A stretch of 64,000 nt of DNA from a virus. Position 1 is the first letter of the stretch. Every line of letters begins with the position of its first letter. The notes below the pieces were generated by a model that did not search any database, was not told the DNA's origin, and worked only from the letters and a program-made list of their open reading frames with translations. The DNA is taken from positions 25,344 through 89,343 of IMG/VR virus record IMGVR_UViG_3300019487_000026. One strand, 5' to 3'. Made by a program: the position numbers and the translations under genes. Below are positions 17,051 to 28,400 of the stretch, in pieces.

Positions 17051-17935
17051 ATGATGTATGGAAATAAATTGGCAATTGCAGTAAAACATAACGGCAAAGT
17101 CCTTCGTGAATTCAATAAGGACACAGTCTATCTGCCCTTCGGTGCAGAATATTCAATCTTCATCAAAAACCTCGACACAGTTCGTGCGTCTGTCAAAGTA
17201 ATGATCGATGGTAAAGACATCGGTGATGGCACAACGTTCGTTGTCAATGGTAGTAGCTCGATCGAACTCGAGCGATTCCTTCGGGCGGGCAACCTGAATG
17301 AAGGAAATCGTTTCAAGTTTATTGAGCGAACGGCGTCGGTTGAAAACCATCGTGGTGTTGGTGGTGAGGATGGCCTAGTGGTGATTGAGTATCAATTTGA
17401 GAAACGAGTTCCGAAAGTGGAGTACGTTGATCATCACATCTATCATCGTTATCACGATCATTGGTTGCTACCACGACATCGCAGACCGTATTGGTATGGA
17501 GATGACACATACACTGTGTGCAACTCCGGCGACTCGTACGGCCTATCTGGTGGTGTTTCGAGTAATACGGTCGGCAGCACTGTCTCAGATTCGTTGTTGA
17601 ACACAGAGCCCAAAGTGCAAATGAAAGGCAAGAAGCAAGCAATGCGTGCTCATTCAATAAATCTTGCGCATGTTGAGCCACAAGCAACGCTGATCAACGA
17701 TGCTGGTATTACGGTGGCTGGTTCCAAATCAGACCAACAGTTTCATCAATCTGCTTGGTTTGCAACCGAAACGGAAAAGTTCAGTCTTGTCCTTAAACTT
17801 CTCGGTCAAGTTGAAAGTGGTCGCGCTGTTCGTACAGCAATCACTGTGAAACACAAACAGAAGTGTGATACGTGTGGTCATGTGAATAAGGCAAATGCCA
17901 AATTCTGTGCTAATTGTGGCAGGCACTCGAGCTAG
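17051..17935 (+). CDS. Hypothetical phage protein with a C-terminal zinc ribbon
   Basis: CDTCG...FCANCG; GAGGA RBS. Confidence 0.75.
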   Translation: MMYGNKLAIAVKHNGKVLREFNKDTVYLPFGAEYSIFIKNLDTVRASVKVMIDGKDIGDGTTFVVNGSSSIELERFLRAGNLNEGNRFKFIERTASVENHRGVGGEDGLVVIEYQFEKRVPKVEYVDHHIYHRYHDHWLLPRHRRPYWYGDDTYTVCNSGDSYGLSGGVSSNTVGSTVSDSLLNTEPKVQMKGKKQAMRAHSINLAHVEPQATLINDAGITVAGSKSDQQFHQSAWFATETEKFSLVLKLLGQVESGRAVRTAITVKHKQKCDTCGHVNKANAKFCANCGRHSS

Positions 17936-17945
17936 TGTAAGTATG

Positions 17946-17973
17946 CTGGGGGCTACTAAAGGGTAGCCCCCAG
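17946..17973 (+). terminator. GC-rich hairpin, terminator-like
   Basis: CTGGGGGCTACT-AAAG-GGTAGCCCCCAG; no U-tract. Confidence 0.5.
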
Positions 17974-18009
17974 TCTCCCATAAATATCGTCTGCATTTAG
18001 GAGTTTATC

Positions 18010-18513
18010 ATGGCAGACGAACAAAACGAGTGTAGCACAGGCGCAACCGAAGGTGAGTTGCAATTTGTCTCGGAAAAAGTTGACAAGGTTGAACGAGATC
18101 TCAAGGAAGAATTGGGCAAAATTTCATTCGAGAGCTTGTTTGGCAGGTGGGTTAGTAGCCACGTAATGACCGTCAGTGTCAGCACCATTGCTACCGTTCT
18201 TGGCTTTGTTGGCACGATCTTTGTTGGTTCCTTCTGGGTGAGTGATCGTTTTGTAGAAGCTGCTGAACTCGATAAAGCCACACAGCAAATTCAGCGTGAT
18301 CTAACCAAGTTTCGGCACCAAGGCTCGGTTGATAATCTTGAAATGCGTCGGTGGTACGCTGAGCAGCGACTCGCCGACATGGAAAGTAAGCGAAGCCCAT
18401 CAGCTGATGATCGAGCACGTATTCAGCAACTGCGTCGAGAGATTGAACGACTAGACGGACAAATTCGTGCGACACAAGACAAGATCGAAAAGCTTGAAAA
18501 ACCAGGTCAATGA
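18010..18513 (+). CDS. Membrane-anchored coiled-coil protein
   Basis: One TM helix followed by a coiled coil. Confidence 0.65.
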   Translation: MADEQNECSTGATEGELQFVSEKVDKVERDLKEELGKISFESLFGRWVSSHVMTVSVSTIATVLGFVGTIFVGSFWVSDRFVEAAELDKATQQIQRDLTKFRHQGSVDNLEMRRWYAEQRLADMESKRSPSADDRARIQQLRREIERLDGQIRATQDKIEKLEKPGQ

Positions 18514-19067
18514 GCGACGATAAAATAATTGACTTTCAGAAACGACGGCACGAAAAGATCCTTCGAAGTGTTGAACAGGGACTTGAACCGCTGGGTGCCG
18601 CGTTTGATGCTCGTCTGGCCGATCGTGATCGCACTCATGCTATCGCAAAGAGTGAATTCCAACAGATTCAAAACATCGTCAATAAATTACGAATTGATTC
18701 GTATGTTCCAGGGTTCACTGACCTGGATGATATTTTGCATTGGTTGACCGTAGACAAACGTGGTACACACCGCAATCAAACGGCTTTAAAGGCTGAATAT
18801 TCTCCTCAAGATGTTTTCAAACTGCGTATGATTGCCCACCACTCGCCGCGATTACTAAGCCGTCTCAATGAAATGAAGCGTGTTGTTCATACTTTTCTTG
18901 ACAAGTGGCAAAAGAAAGTTGTTTCTGGGGAAATTCCTGCGGACCCAGAAGCAGTCGAACAAGCAGCCTATCTTGATAGCGAAATTGCGAATGATATTCA
19001 CACGCTCGATGAGGTGCGACGATTGTTTAAGGTTGAACCAACGAAGGACTGGCGGGATTTTGTGTAG
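18510..19067 (+). CDS. Hypothetical protein
   Basis: ORF track. Confidence 0.65.
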   Translation: MSDDKIIDFQKRRHEKILRSVEQGLEPLGAAFDARLADRDRTHAIAKSEFQQIQNIVNKLRIDSYVPGFTDLDDILHWLTVDKRGTHRNQTALKAEYSPQDVFKLRMIAHHSPRLLSRLNEMKRVVHTFLDKWQKKVVSGEIPADPEAVEQAAYLDSEIANDIHTLDEVRRLFKVEPTKDWRDFV

Positions 19068-19683
19068 GCACTGATAGGAAAGTTCGTATTGTTGGAAGTG
19101 GAACACTGTAAGCAATCCAGTGAACGGGGATAGCAGTCGATCGATTAACTGGAATTGACAGAATTGCTTTTGTGATTGCAACTAACTCCCAACGATTATT
19201 TCGAAACACAAATATTCCACCGCCGGACATACCTGGGGCAACGTTGGCGGAGAAAATAAGCTGCCCGCCCTTATCGACGCCTTGTGAATGTCCAGTTGTT
19301 GCGAATTGTGTTCCAACAATTGTCCCGTGGGGAAATCCAACAGCCAGAATTTCTTCGTCAATGACTGCAGATGCCGCCGCCATAGTCGCACAAGGACACG
19401 AAGCTTTTGCTTGAACAAGTGCTAGATCGTTCTTTGAATCAATTTTAATTAGGCGGCCTTCTTGTTTTCCGTCTCGTGTGTGTATTTCGATCGAGCCGCG
19501 AATCGTAAAGAGGTGTGCTGAACTTAGCCATGTATCTTCGGCGATCAAAACGGCCGAACCGGTACTTGCAGAAATTGGCGTTTGCACAAGGACCTGTGCA
19601 ACGACGCCACGTGCGCTGGTAAAGTTTGCCCCACTCACAACCGTCGATGCGAGAAATAGAAGGGCAAAAAGAATAGATCGCAT
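19027..19683 (-). CDS. Secreted trypsin-like serine protease
   Basis: Signal peptide; SSAH, DLAL, PGMSGGG triad motifs. Confidence 0.85.
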   Translation of the reverse strand: MRSILFALLFLASTVVSGANFTSARGVVAQVLVQTPISASTGSAVLIAEDTWLSSAHLFTIRGSIEIHTRDGKQEGRLIKIDSKNDLALVQAKASCPCATMAAASAVIDEEILAVGFPHGTIVGTQFATTGHSQGVDKGGQLIFSANVAPGMSGGGIFVFRNNRWELVAITKAILSIPVNRSTAIPVHWIAYSVPLPTIRTFLSVPTQNPASPSLVQP

Positions 19684-19751
19684 TTGGGTATTTAGTGTTG
19701 ACCCATCGTTTACATCTAATATATACTTTGGTATTCGATGGAGATTATCAG

Positions 19752-20150
19752 ATGACAATTCGTCACATTCTCACAGCCGTGCTTACCATTATTCCAGTAG
19801 CAATCGTATTTGCACAAGAGTTGGAAGCGGAAGTCGCGCACCGTGGACGCCCAGTTCCAGTTGTTCCGATAACCGATCGTCAAATGAATTCTCCTGATAA
19901 CAAGGACTTAATGATTCTTGAAACAACACGATGCACTAATACTGTGATTCTTGAGGCGATTCGTGAGGATTTTCATTCGTCGATGTATACTGGGTTTGCA
20001 ACAGTCGACGGTCCGGGCACAAATATGCCATTGTGCTACATTGAGTACATGCGGGCTGGTGGTCTAGTTGTTTTTGTTCATTATCTTCACGAGGGACGAA
20101 CTGGCATGATACAGATCCCCTCCAACAAATTTAAGAAACGAACCAATTAA
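19752..20150 (+). CDS. Secreted hypothetical protein
   Basis: GGAG RBS; signal peptide ending VFA-Q. Confidence 0.6.
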   Translation: MTIRHILTAVLTIIPVAIVFAQELEAEVAHRGRPVPVVPITDRQMNSPDNKDLMILETTRCTNTVILEAIREDFHSSMYTGFATVDGPGTNMPLCYIEYMRAGGLVVFVHYLHEGRTGMIQIPSNKFKKRTN

Positions 20151-20156
20151 ACGTAC

Positions 20157-20230
20157 GCGCGATTAGCTCAATGGGAGAGCAATTGTCTCTAAAACTTTGG
20201 TTGAGGGTTCGAGTCCCTCATCGCGCACCA
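20157..20230 (+). tRNA. Amber suppressor tRNA (anticodon CTA)
   Basis: GCGCGAT/ATCGCGC acceptor stem, canonical D and T arms, loop CT-CTA-AA (20187-20193), CCA; anticodon stem has two U-U mismatches. Confidence 0.8.
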
Positions 20231-20384
20231 AGACGATCTCTTATACGGTGGACTACGAACGTGGCTACAAGGACGGTCGTAGCAAAAAGGCAAACCTTGC
20301 TCGATCGGGTGCGTATGGTGGCAATGCGACTGCCTATCTGGAAGGCTTTGCTGATGGTAAGGCAAAGAAAGCACGTAGGATGTA

Positions 20385-20657
20385 ATGGACGATAGCAACG
20401 AAATGATCGGCTTGGGGCATGCGGCAAAACGCACGTCCCTTGCCGTTTATAAACACGGTAACCTTGCCCTAGTCCCCCACTACACAAATAGTGGGGATTA
20501 TGGCTATTTCATAGTTGAAGAACACCCTATTCGAATTGCTGACAAAATGGGGTTTCTCTATCGCAATCAACGATTTTTTATCAAGAAAATCGACGAAACG
20601 GCTTTTCAAAAAGCTCTGTCAAAACTTAAAGAGATAGTGCTGGCGGAAAAACAATAG
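20385..20657 (+). CDS. Hypothetical protein
   Basis: ORF track. Confidence 0.5.
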   Translation: MDDSNEMIGLGHAAKRTSLAVYKHGNLALVPHYTNSGDYGYFIVEEHPIRIADKMGFLYRNQRFFIKKIDETAFQKALSKLKEIVLAEKQ

Positions 20658-20712
20658 CCTTCTTTGGACTCCCATAAATAGGTGTACTGATCGTACACAC
20701 GGGAGATCCCAC

Positions 20713-22278
20713 ATGAAACAAGGCTTTGTCATTGCTAGAAATCGGTCTAACAAGCAGTTTTTTAGCGCAAAAGGTTCCTACGAACGTCCACACTGGACAC
20801 ACAAGGTCGAGGAAGCTACAGTTTATTATAGTGACGGGATGGCCCAAGCTGCCGTCAAAAAATTGTGGGTCAATGGTAATTTTCCAGCTAATGTCATAGT
20901 TCTTTCAGAACTCAGCATCGATTTCCAAGCACCAACTCATACATCGCCTCCTGCATCACACGAAGAACAGCCTTCTATGTCGGATGAGGTATCAGATCAC
21001 GATGCACCACACGGCTCATCAGAAGACCTACCGTCAGCCGATGACGCTTCGTCAGGTGCCAGCGAAGAGCCACTAGATCATGAAGAGCCAGATGGTGACG
21101 AGGACCTCGACGACGAAGACATGGATGGTGATGGTGATAATGTTGAGGCTTCGGACGAAGACCTTGGCGATGACCACGAAGAAGATCTTGACGATGAAGA
21201 TCTTGACGATGAAGACTTTGGTGATGAGGATCTAGAAGGCGAAACAGATCACGAGGAAGGTCCCGAAGCAAGCCACGGTGATGAAGAAGTCCCAAGCGAA
21301 GAGCCAAGTGTAAGTGGCGATGACATCCCAGATGAAGAGATTAGTCGCGAAGAAGAATGCGCCTCGATGTATGCAGAGGGGCAGTTTGTCGTCTGGAAGG
21401 AACAAATCGCAGAAGTTATCCATGCTCGTCGCAACGCTACATCGGTCATTATTCGTGTTGATGGCAAGGACCAGCGAGTACCTGTATCCGAGCTGAGCGA
21501 AAGCACAGAAGCCGTAAATCCACAAATGCGTGATGCAGCTTATGCAACAATGGGTTCGGTTCACGCTGGACATGGCGATGAGCCGTCGGTTCAAGAACTC
21601 TCACGCGGTGCGCGACGTGTTGGTATTCGTGTGGGCGAGAAAATGTACGACTTCGGCCGCAATTATCCAGCAGCCATGGGTTTCTATCGCTCATTGACTC
21701 CTGACGAACAAAAAATGGCAAAGTTTGTCGGAGAAACATTCCGTATGCCAGCTCGTCCCGATAAACAAGGCAATGCTAAGCCAACAGAGAATACAAATCT
21801 GATTCCAAACCTGAAAGAACCGAAATACATGGAGATCGACCTGGATGATCCAGTCGGTGCTGTGTCGAAACCCTTTACAGATCTAGACTATGCAACTGCT
21901 TACCAGCACGGCGAGAAAGTTCCAGTTCCAGGTAATGTTAAGGCAGCTCTTCGTGATTCGATTGAGACATTCCGTAAAGCAGCAGACTACAACAACGGTC
22001 GTGATGATGCACAAGCATCATTCTGCATGACCGTATGCAGTGCTCTCGAAGAACTTCAAGACCATCTCAACCAAGGAACCGTTGACGGCGTTAAGCAAGC
22101 TCAAATCAAGGTGTCGTCGTGGATGAATCCGATCACGACAAACATTCCTGAAGTTGTGCGAGACTTTGTTTACTACGGTGGTCGTAAGAAATCGCTTCGT
22201 GATCTTTTCGATATCAAGAAGGGTGAAGCCATGTTGGCAAAGGTTCGCGGAGGCTTGAATTATCCAAAGGGGAAGTAA
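20713..22278 (+). CDS. Late protein with a long Asp/Glu-rich disordered region
   Basis: TAAATA upstream; DDEDL repeats. Confidence 0.75.
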   Translation: MKQGFVIARNRSNKQFFSAKGSYERPHWTHKVEEATVYYSDGMAQAAVKKLWVNGNFPANVIVLSELSIDFQAPTHTSPPASHEEQPSMSDEVSDHDAPHGSSEDLPSADDASSGASEEPLDHEEPDGDEDLDDEDMDGDGDNVEASDEDLGDDHEEDLDDEDLDDEDFGDEDLEGETDHEEGPEASHGDEEVPSEEPSVSGDDIPDEEISREEECASMYAEGQFVVWKEQIAEVIHARRNATSVIIRVDGKDQRVPVSELSESTEAVNPQMRDAAYATMGSVHAGHGDEPSVQELSRGARRVGIRVGEKMYDFGRNYPAAMGFYRSLTPDEQKMAKFVGETFRMPARPDKQGNAKPTENTNLIPNLKEPKYMEIDLDDPVGAVSKPFTDLDYATAYQHGEKVPVPGNVKAALRDSIETFRKAADYNNGRDDAQASFCMTVCSALEELQDHLNQGTVDGVKQAQIKVSSWMNPITTNIPEVVRDFVYYGGRKKSLRDLFDIKKGEAMLAKVRGGLNYPKGK

Positions 22279-22587
22279 ATGCTTCCGCTGTTGAAACAAC
22301 TCAACGAGACAATTCAATCCCTCGAAGAGGGGCGCGAGAAAGAAGAGTACATCGCTAAAAAAGCAGGACAGCTGCTATCGGAGATGATGTATCTTCATGC
22401 TCGAACACAATTTGAAAAGGACCCGTCTCTAAAAAATCGATATGATGATTGGATGGAGTACTTGCAGTATGAGTATTCGATTATTAAGCAACATCATCTT
22501 GATATTTTTGCTCAAAAAGTAGCGCAAGCTGTCGCTGGCACAGTGCGTGACCTCGAAAACGGAGTCTATTATAGGCACAACAAATAA
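22279..22587 (+). CDS. Hypothetical protein
   Basis: ORF track. Confidence 0.65.
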   Translation: MLPLLKQLNETIQSLEEGREKEEYIAKKAGQLLSEMMYLHARTQFEKDPSLKNRYDDWMEYLQYEYSIIKQHHLDIFAQKVAQAVAGTVRDLENGVYYRHNK

Positions 22588-22605
22588 TCGAAGACGGAGC
22601 GAAAC

Positions 22606-24261
22606 GTGAAATTAAATACCCTTTTCGAAGCCAAGACCCCACGCGAACAGCTCGCCGATCTCAAGCAACAGCGGATCGACAATAAAAAAGAGCGGTTGGA
22701 CCTGTACAATCAGATTGAAGCGCTTGCTAAGGTTGACGCGAAAGCAGTAGGTATTAACACTACCCACTCAGACTGGATCGCAAAATTCAACAGCGCCGTC
22801 CCAGGCGCTGTTCACGTTTACTCATATCTGAAGGAACAACCGATCCGGTATTTTTATTTCAGGCCAAGTTCGCCTAACCTCCGAACTGCTGAAGACCTTC
22901 GAAAGAAAATGCATGGTCTTCGATGGGATGACCGGAAGCTTCGGCGTTCGGTAATCCACAAGAAAAGGGAAGTCGAAGCAAGCGATCCATCGAAGCCAAA
23001 AGGCTTTTTCATGCCGACAACTACTACGGCGGCCGAGCAGCAGGAAATGAAGGAACACGTTGAGCGACTCTTCCACTCTGTTGAACAGTTGCAACATCAC
23101 CTGTACCGATTCGAAAGGTCTAGACCCACTGGGGGTGGCGTTGAATATGTATCCGTCCTATCCCAGCACCGTTACACCAAGATGCGAAAACTGTTGGATG
23201 AAGTTAAAACCCTTCTCAATCTTGACTGGGCATACGTGCCCGTTCACTGGCGCCACAATTTGCTTCGGAACGTTTACGTTTCGCCCAGCCTAAAGGATAA
23301 GGTCGAAGTGCTCGTCCAAGCATATAATCACACACTCGACAAACTGGATCGCAAATTTAAAGAGTACAAATACGTTGCTGTCAAGGGTGCAGTCTCGGAA
23401 GAAGATGAAGAAACAGACGACGAACTTGTCAATCCATCCGCACTGAAGGGGGAGTTGGCCGAGCTTAAAAAAAAACATAAGGAGCTTGGAACACAAGTAA
23501 CAAAACTAGCCAACGACCTTCATGATGTTGCGTTCAAGGAAGAACGGGCTAATGGATGGTCGTACCTCGCAGCACCCAGTGGCCGGCCGCACCCATACGG
23601 ATTTGTTCTTCGAATCACCAATCGATATGCAAAGCGTCATGAATATTATTTCACGAATCGAACTACTTACGACGAAGCTGTAAAGATTGCTCGTGAGATG
23701 AATAAGAATCGTCGAATGCAACACGATACCTTTAAGGCATATAAAAGTAAGAAGCGGGAACTTGAAGGGTCAGCGGCAACAGCTGGTCTGACAGTAGGAA
23801 AGAAACCAAAAGGTATGGCTCTAGATCCCAATATGCCTTTCGCAGATCTTGACGCCTTGGCGAAGGATCGTCGCGAACATTTGTCGAAAGTGTATGATTC
23901 GGTTGCATTCTTGCACGCTCATCTTGGTCGGCTTGAGGATAAATTCAAAGATATACACGTCATCGCCGGCGGAAGTGCAACACACATTGACATATTATCG
24001 TCAGCGAAGCATACAGCGTTGCGAAAGGCTATTTTCTTTGTTGACAAGGAGCTTGCGCTGTCAGCAAGTGATGTGATCGGCTGGCCTGTGAAAACAGCCT
24101 ATATTGTTGACACGCATGCTGCAGAATTCAGAGAAGCTGCAAAGCATTTTGAGCATCGAGCCGACCAACTTATTAAGGCTGTCAAGCAATATGAGTACAT
24201 TCGTGATGAGTGGTTCAAGCGTAGGGTTGAAGAGAAGCGCAAGGCTACGGCAACCCCATAA
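22606..24261 (+). CDS. Hypothetical protein with an internal duplication; possible internal head protein
   Basis: Two similar halves (L..LK...; EH.....SV..L..HL.R.E); MKLNTLFE start. Confidence 0.7.
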   Translation: MKLNTLFEAKTPREQLADLKQQRIDNKKERLDLYNQIEALAKVDAKAVGINTTHSDWIAKFNSAVPGAVHVYSYLKEQPIRYFYFRPSSPNLRTAEDLRKKMHGLRWDDRKLRRSVIHKKREVEASDPSKPKGFFMPTTTTAAEQQEMKEHVERLFHSVEQLQHHLYRFERSRPTGGGVEYVSVLSQHRYTKMRKLLDEVKTLLNLDWAYVPVHWRHNLLRNVYVSPSLKDKVEVLVQAYNHTLDKLDRKFKEYKYVAVKGAVSEEDEETDDELVNPSALKGELAELKKKHKELGTQVTKLANDLHDVAFKEERANGWSYLAAPSGRPHPYGFVLRITNRYAKRHEYYFTNRTTYDEAVKIAREMNKNRRMQHDTFKAYKSKKRELEGSAATAGLTVGKKPKGMALDPNMPFADLDALAKDRREHLSKVYDSVAFLHAHLGRLEDKFKDIHVIAGGSATHIDILSSAKHTALRKAIFFVDKELALSASDVIGWPVKTAYIVDTHAAEFREAAKHFEHRADQLIKAVKQYEYIRDEWFKRRVEEKRKATATP

Positions 24262-24288
24262 ATACCGGACAAGTGAGGCCCAAATAGC

Positions 24289-24492
24289 ATGAAAATACAA
24301 GAAGTTGTCAAGCCTATTCCGCCGATGCCGCCCGAAGAGCCCCAACGCTTGACTGAACAAGCTGTATTAGGGGATATTGTACTCTATGGTCTCGATCCGG
24401 CGGATCCTGATTACCGTAAGATTGCTGCAAAAATTAAACGATTTGAGCAAACAGACCCCCGTCTGTTTCACAAAATCATTTCGCTGGGTTGA
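24289..24492 (+). CDS. Hypothetical protein
   Basis: MKIQEV start; TAAATA upstream. Confidence 0.55.
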   Translation: MKIQEVVKPIPPMPPEEPQRLTEQAVLGDIVLYGLDPADPDYRKIAAKIKRFEQTDPRLFHKIISLG

Positions 24493-24494
24493 GG

Positions 24495-25427
24495 ATGAGT
24501 AAAATGCGTCTCCTAAAGGACATCTACGAAATGGCACGAACAGCACAAGTATGCGCGAACTGTGGTCGTGAGCTTGGTGTAGGAAAGAACCATTTCTACT
24601 ACAAAGATAAAACCACAGGTACAGCCAAATACAAGTGCAAGGGAACAGGTACTTTCTTCTCAGCTGCAGCTCCTGGAACTGCTCCAAGCACTCCTGGTGC
24701 TTCGACTGCTCTTCCAACAGCACCAGCCGCGACACCAGCACCGACAACTCCACGAGTTCCAACACCAGCAAAAGCACCCAGGGCGCCGATTCCGGGGGGT
24801 TCGGGCACCGATCGAATCAAGCAGTGGCTCGACGAGCACAAGATTACTGGATATACGATTCGAAGTGATGGTCTAGTTGATGTTTCGGGCCATGTGATTC
24901 TCAATGGATACGGAGAGTCGACGCTTCCGGTCAAATTTGGAAAGATCACTGGTGAATTCCATGCTGGTGCAACTGCTCTGACAACAATGGATGGCATGCC
25001 TTCACACACAACCGGCGACTGCATGCTTGACACATCGAAATTCACATCATGCCACGGTCTACCAGCCAATATGGAATGTGAAGGATCGTTTGCTTTGTTT
25101 GGCAACAAACAGATGACGAGCTTGGATGGGATGAACATCAAAACAGTTGGAAAGATTCTTTATCTTTCAAAGCTACCTCTGATCAAAGACCTGAAAGATA
25201 TTCACGAGCGTGTTCATCATGTTGGGGAAACGATCGTCCTCGCAAAGACGCCAATCGAATCACACGTCTTGGGACTTATGTTGATTCCTGGTCTGAAGAA
25301 CGTTGAGGGACTAGAACCAAAAGGCGTACTGGACATTTTAAACAAATACCTAGCTGGAGATCGAGATCTTTATATGTGTCAAGATGAGCTGATCGACGCC
25401 GGGTTTCTACCGTTTGCGAAGCTCTAA
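24495..25427 (+). CDS. Protein with an N-terminal Cys motif, Pro/Ala linker and LRR-like repeats
   Basis: LPVKFGKITGEF, LTTMDGMP repeats, CQDELIDAGF C-terminus. Confidence 0.7.
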   Translation: MSKMRLLKDIYEMARTAQVCANCGRELGVGKNHFYYKDKTTGTAKYKCKGTGTFFSAAAPGTAPSTPGASTALPTAPAATPAPTTPRVPTPAKAPRAPIPGGSGTDRIKQWLDEHKITGYTIRSDGLVDVSGHVILNGYGESTLPVKFGKITGEFHAGATALTTMDGMPSHTTGDCMLDTSKFTSCHGLPANMECEGSFALFGNKQMTSLDGMNIKTVGKILYLSKLPLIKDLKDIHERVHHVGETIVLAKTPIESHVLGLMLIPGLKNVEGLEPKGVLDILNKYLAGDRDLYMCQDELIDAGFLPFAKL

Positions 25428-28400
25428 TGGACAAGAAGAATCAAGTCGTAAAACTGATGGGTAAGACGATGCGCCACATGGCGGGCCGTTCACAAGGCCG
25501 CTACAAAGGTGCAGGTCTTCTACTCGCAGGTGATCCGGGGGTGGGGAAGGCCCAACCATTGTATTCAAAAGTGTTAACGCCAACTGGTTGGAAGACAATG
25601 GGCGAGGTTGTTATCGGTGATGATGTTATTACACCGTCTGGGGATGTTGCGAAAATTACGGGCGTGTTTCCGCAGGGTAAGAAAGACATTTATACTATCA
25701 CGTTTCACGACGGCAGTCAAACGCAATGTTGCAAAGAACACCTCTGGAAGTGTTATTATTCACCATATTCTACACAACCAGCGGAAGAACATATTGTTTC
25801 AACGGAGCAACTTATAGACTTGCTCAACACAATGAAAAATAAAGGTTATAACAACAATATTTCAATTCCTCTCACAACAGCAGTTGAATATTCGACTCAA
25901 AATTATGAGATTGATCCATATGTTTTGGGAGCACTATTGGGTGATGGATCACTATGTGGTAGCACGATCCGGTTTACATCTGTCGACAGGGAAATTGTCG
26001 AACGTATCCAAACGTTTTTGCCAGAGCAAATGCAAATTAATAACATTTCTGGATCCGTAAAAGAACATTTGATTGTGCGGAAACCAGAATTTTTTAGAAC
26101 ACGCCAAGAAAGCAAATTTGTTTCTATACTGAAAAAACTTGAATTATACGATAAACATTCACACGAAAAGTTTATCCCTGATGTCTACAAACACGGTTCT
26201 GTTGACCAGCGGTTTGCTCTTTTACAAGGTTTGATGGATACAGACGGGACAGCCACCACACAACAAGGACGACCCTCCTTTTGCTCAACAAGCTATCGTC
26301 TTGCAAGAGACGTGCAAGAATTAGTGTGGTCGCTTGGTGGTTGCGCATCTATTAGCACAACACACCCAACTTACACCTATAGGGGTGAAAAACATCAAGG
26401 AAAAACAGCATATGTTGTGCTGATAGCACATCCAACACCAAAAATGCTTTTCTCGTTGTCTCGCAAGAAAGACCTGTGTCGTGAGACACACGGTAATGAT
26501 CGTATTACCTTACGACGACGTGTTGTTTCTATTCAACAAACTGGATATGAAGAAGCCCAATGTATTTTAGTTGATCATCCCGATCATCTGTATATAACTG
26601 ATGGTTATATCGTTACACACAACACGACATTCGTTGAGCTCATGTCGGGCTTGCTTGGCCTTCCAGCAGTCATCATTGAGATTCCCCACATTACGGAAGA
26701 ACACTTGATCAATATTCCGTTCATCGTTTATAACGATGTCGACAACACTACAAAGCAAGGTGTGTCGCAAATGAAACCAGCAGGCCAGGGATCTGACGAA
26801 TATGAGTTGGTTCTGGCACAGTCGAATTTGTACACGCAAATTATGGCTGAGAAGAAAACTCCTGATGCGGAGTATCTCAAGAAGATGAAAACAGCTCCTC
26901 GCTATGTGCAAGATATGTTCCGCTTTTACGGTGGAAACGAAACAACAATTCCGCCGGTAATTCATGCTCTTCGTTCGAAATATGAAAACCTTCTCTTCTT
27001 GGATGAATATTATCGCAATACGTCAATGCGTATTCGAAACATCTTGCGTTCGCTGCTGAACCGTAAGATCGGTAGCCACCCACTACCCAAAACAACGTAC
27101 ATTATCTATGCATCAAACATGAACGATGCTGGTCTTGAAGATATTCCGGACAATCATCAATTCAAAGAAATGGAATATAAGACTCCTTCAAAGAATGACT
27201 GGTTTGACTGGTTAGAATCCAACGTTGTCCACAAAACTGGGAAGCCCCTACAACCTGAAGTTCTTCAGACCTTTCGGACGCTTCTAAAAGACGAAGACAT
27301 GAGTCATACGGATGTCGACACAGGGATTCGCACCTCACCTCGACGCTGGGAACAGTTGATTCTGTACGTGAATGCAGCGTTGCCAGTTGACAACCAAGCA
27401 GAGGCAAAGGCTTTGCTGACGAACGTACGAAACAACTTCATTGGTTTTGAACATGGAGCTGATGACAAGTGGCGTCACAGTAGTATTGAAAAGAAAGTTG
27501 TCAAGGCAGTGGCAAAACTGATTCAAACAACTTCTAGTATCACGACAGCACCCACCGACGTGCATGAAATGCATGATTGGCGAGAAACTCTAACACATCA
27601 ACTTCGTATGCGAATGCGGTTGGGTGATCATCGTAAGTATGTGCCGGTCGTTTCGGGTCCTCCAGGTATTGGTAAGACAACACAAGCTGAAATCATTGCA
27701 ACTAAAATTGCGAATGAACACGGCTGCAAGTTCGGTCTTCGGGTGATTGACATCGACATTGGGGAAATCTTTTCAGAAGATGCAACAGGTCTGCCTCTTC
27801 CTGGTCGTCGTTTTGAAGAGCACGGACAACGTCAAATCACTGTGAAATTCTCATTTCCTAAACTGTATCATCAAATCATGACGATGATTAAGGAAAAGGA
27901 TCATGATTTTATTGAGTCCTTGAAAGACGAACACGGAGACGAAGCACCGAAATATATTCAAGAATACGAAAAACAACGCTGGAAGTACCTGATCTTCTTT
28001 GACGAAATTAACCGTGTCGACGAAAACACGTTTAATGCGTTGCGGCGTGTCATTCTCGAAAAGAACTTCGGTCCTGCTGGTGATGCTCACGGTTCGATGC
28101 TAAAACTTCCGAAGGAAGCAATTATCTTTGCTGCAATGAATCCAGAAGGAACTGGTACAATTCCATTAACGGCTCACTTTCGTGATGTTGTTGATCTGGT
28201 TCCGTCAAAGGGCTCATGGCAAATGACGAGAGCATACCTCCGTACGCTTTCATCCGGCAAAGGCAATCTTCGTGATGTTGCTCTAAACATTGCGGACGCG
28301 TTCGTCGATAAATTCAAGAGTCGCGATTCGAAATATCATTCTCAAGAAACAGCATTTTGGTTGGATATTGGAACGCCCGTGTATATTTCACCTCGTGAAT

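Noticed and set aside
21100-21240. GATGAAGA-type short repeats as a DNA repeat element
   Set aside because: Explained by the encoded DDEDL acidic tract.
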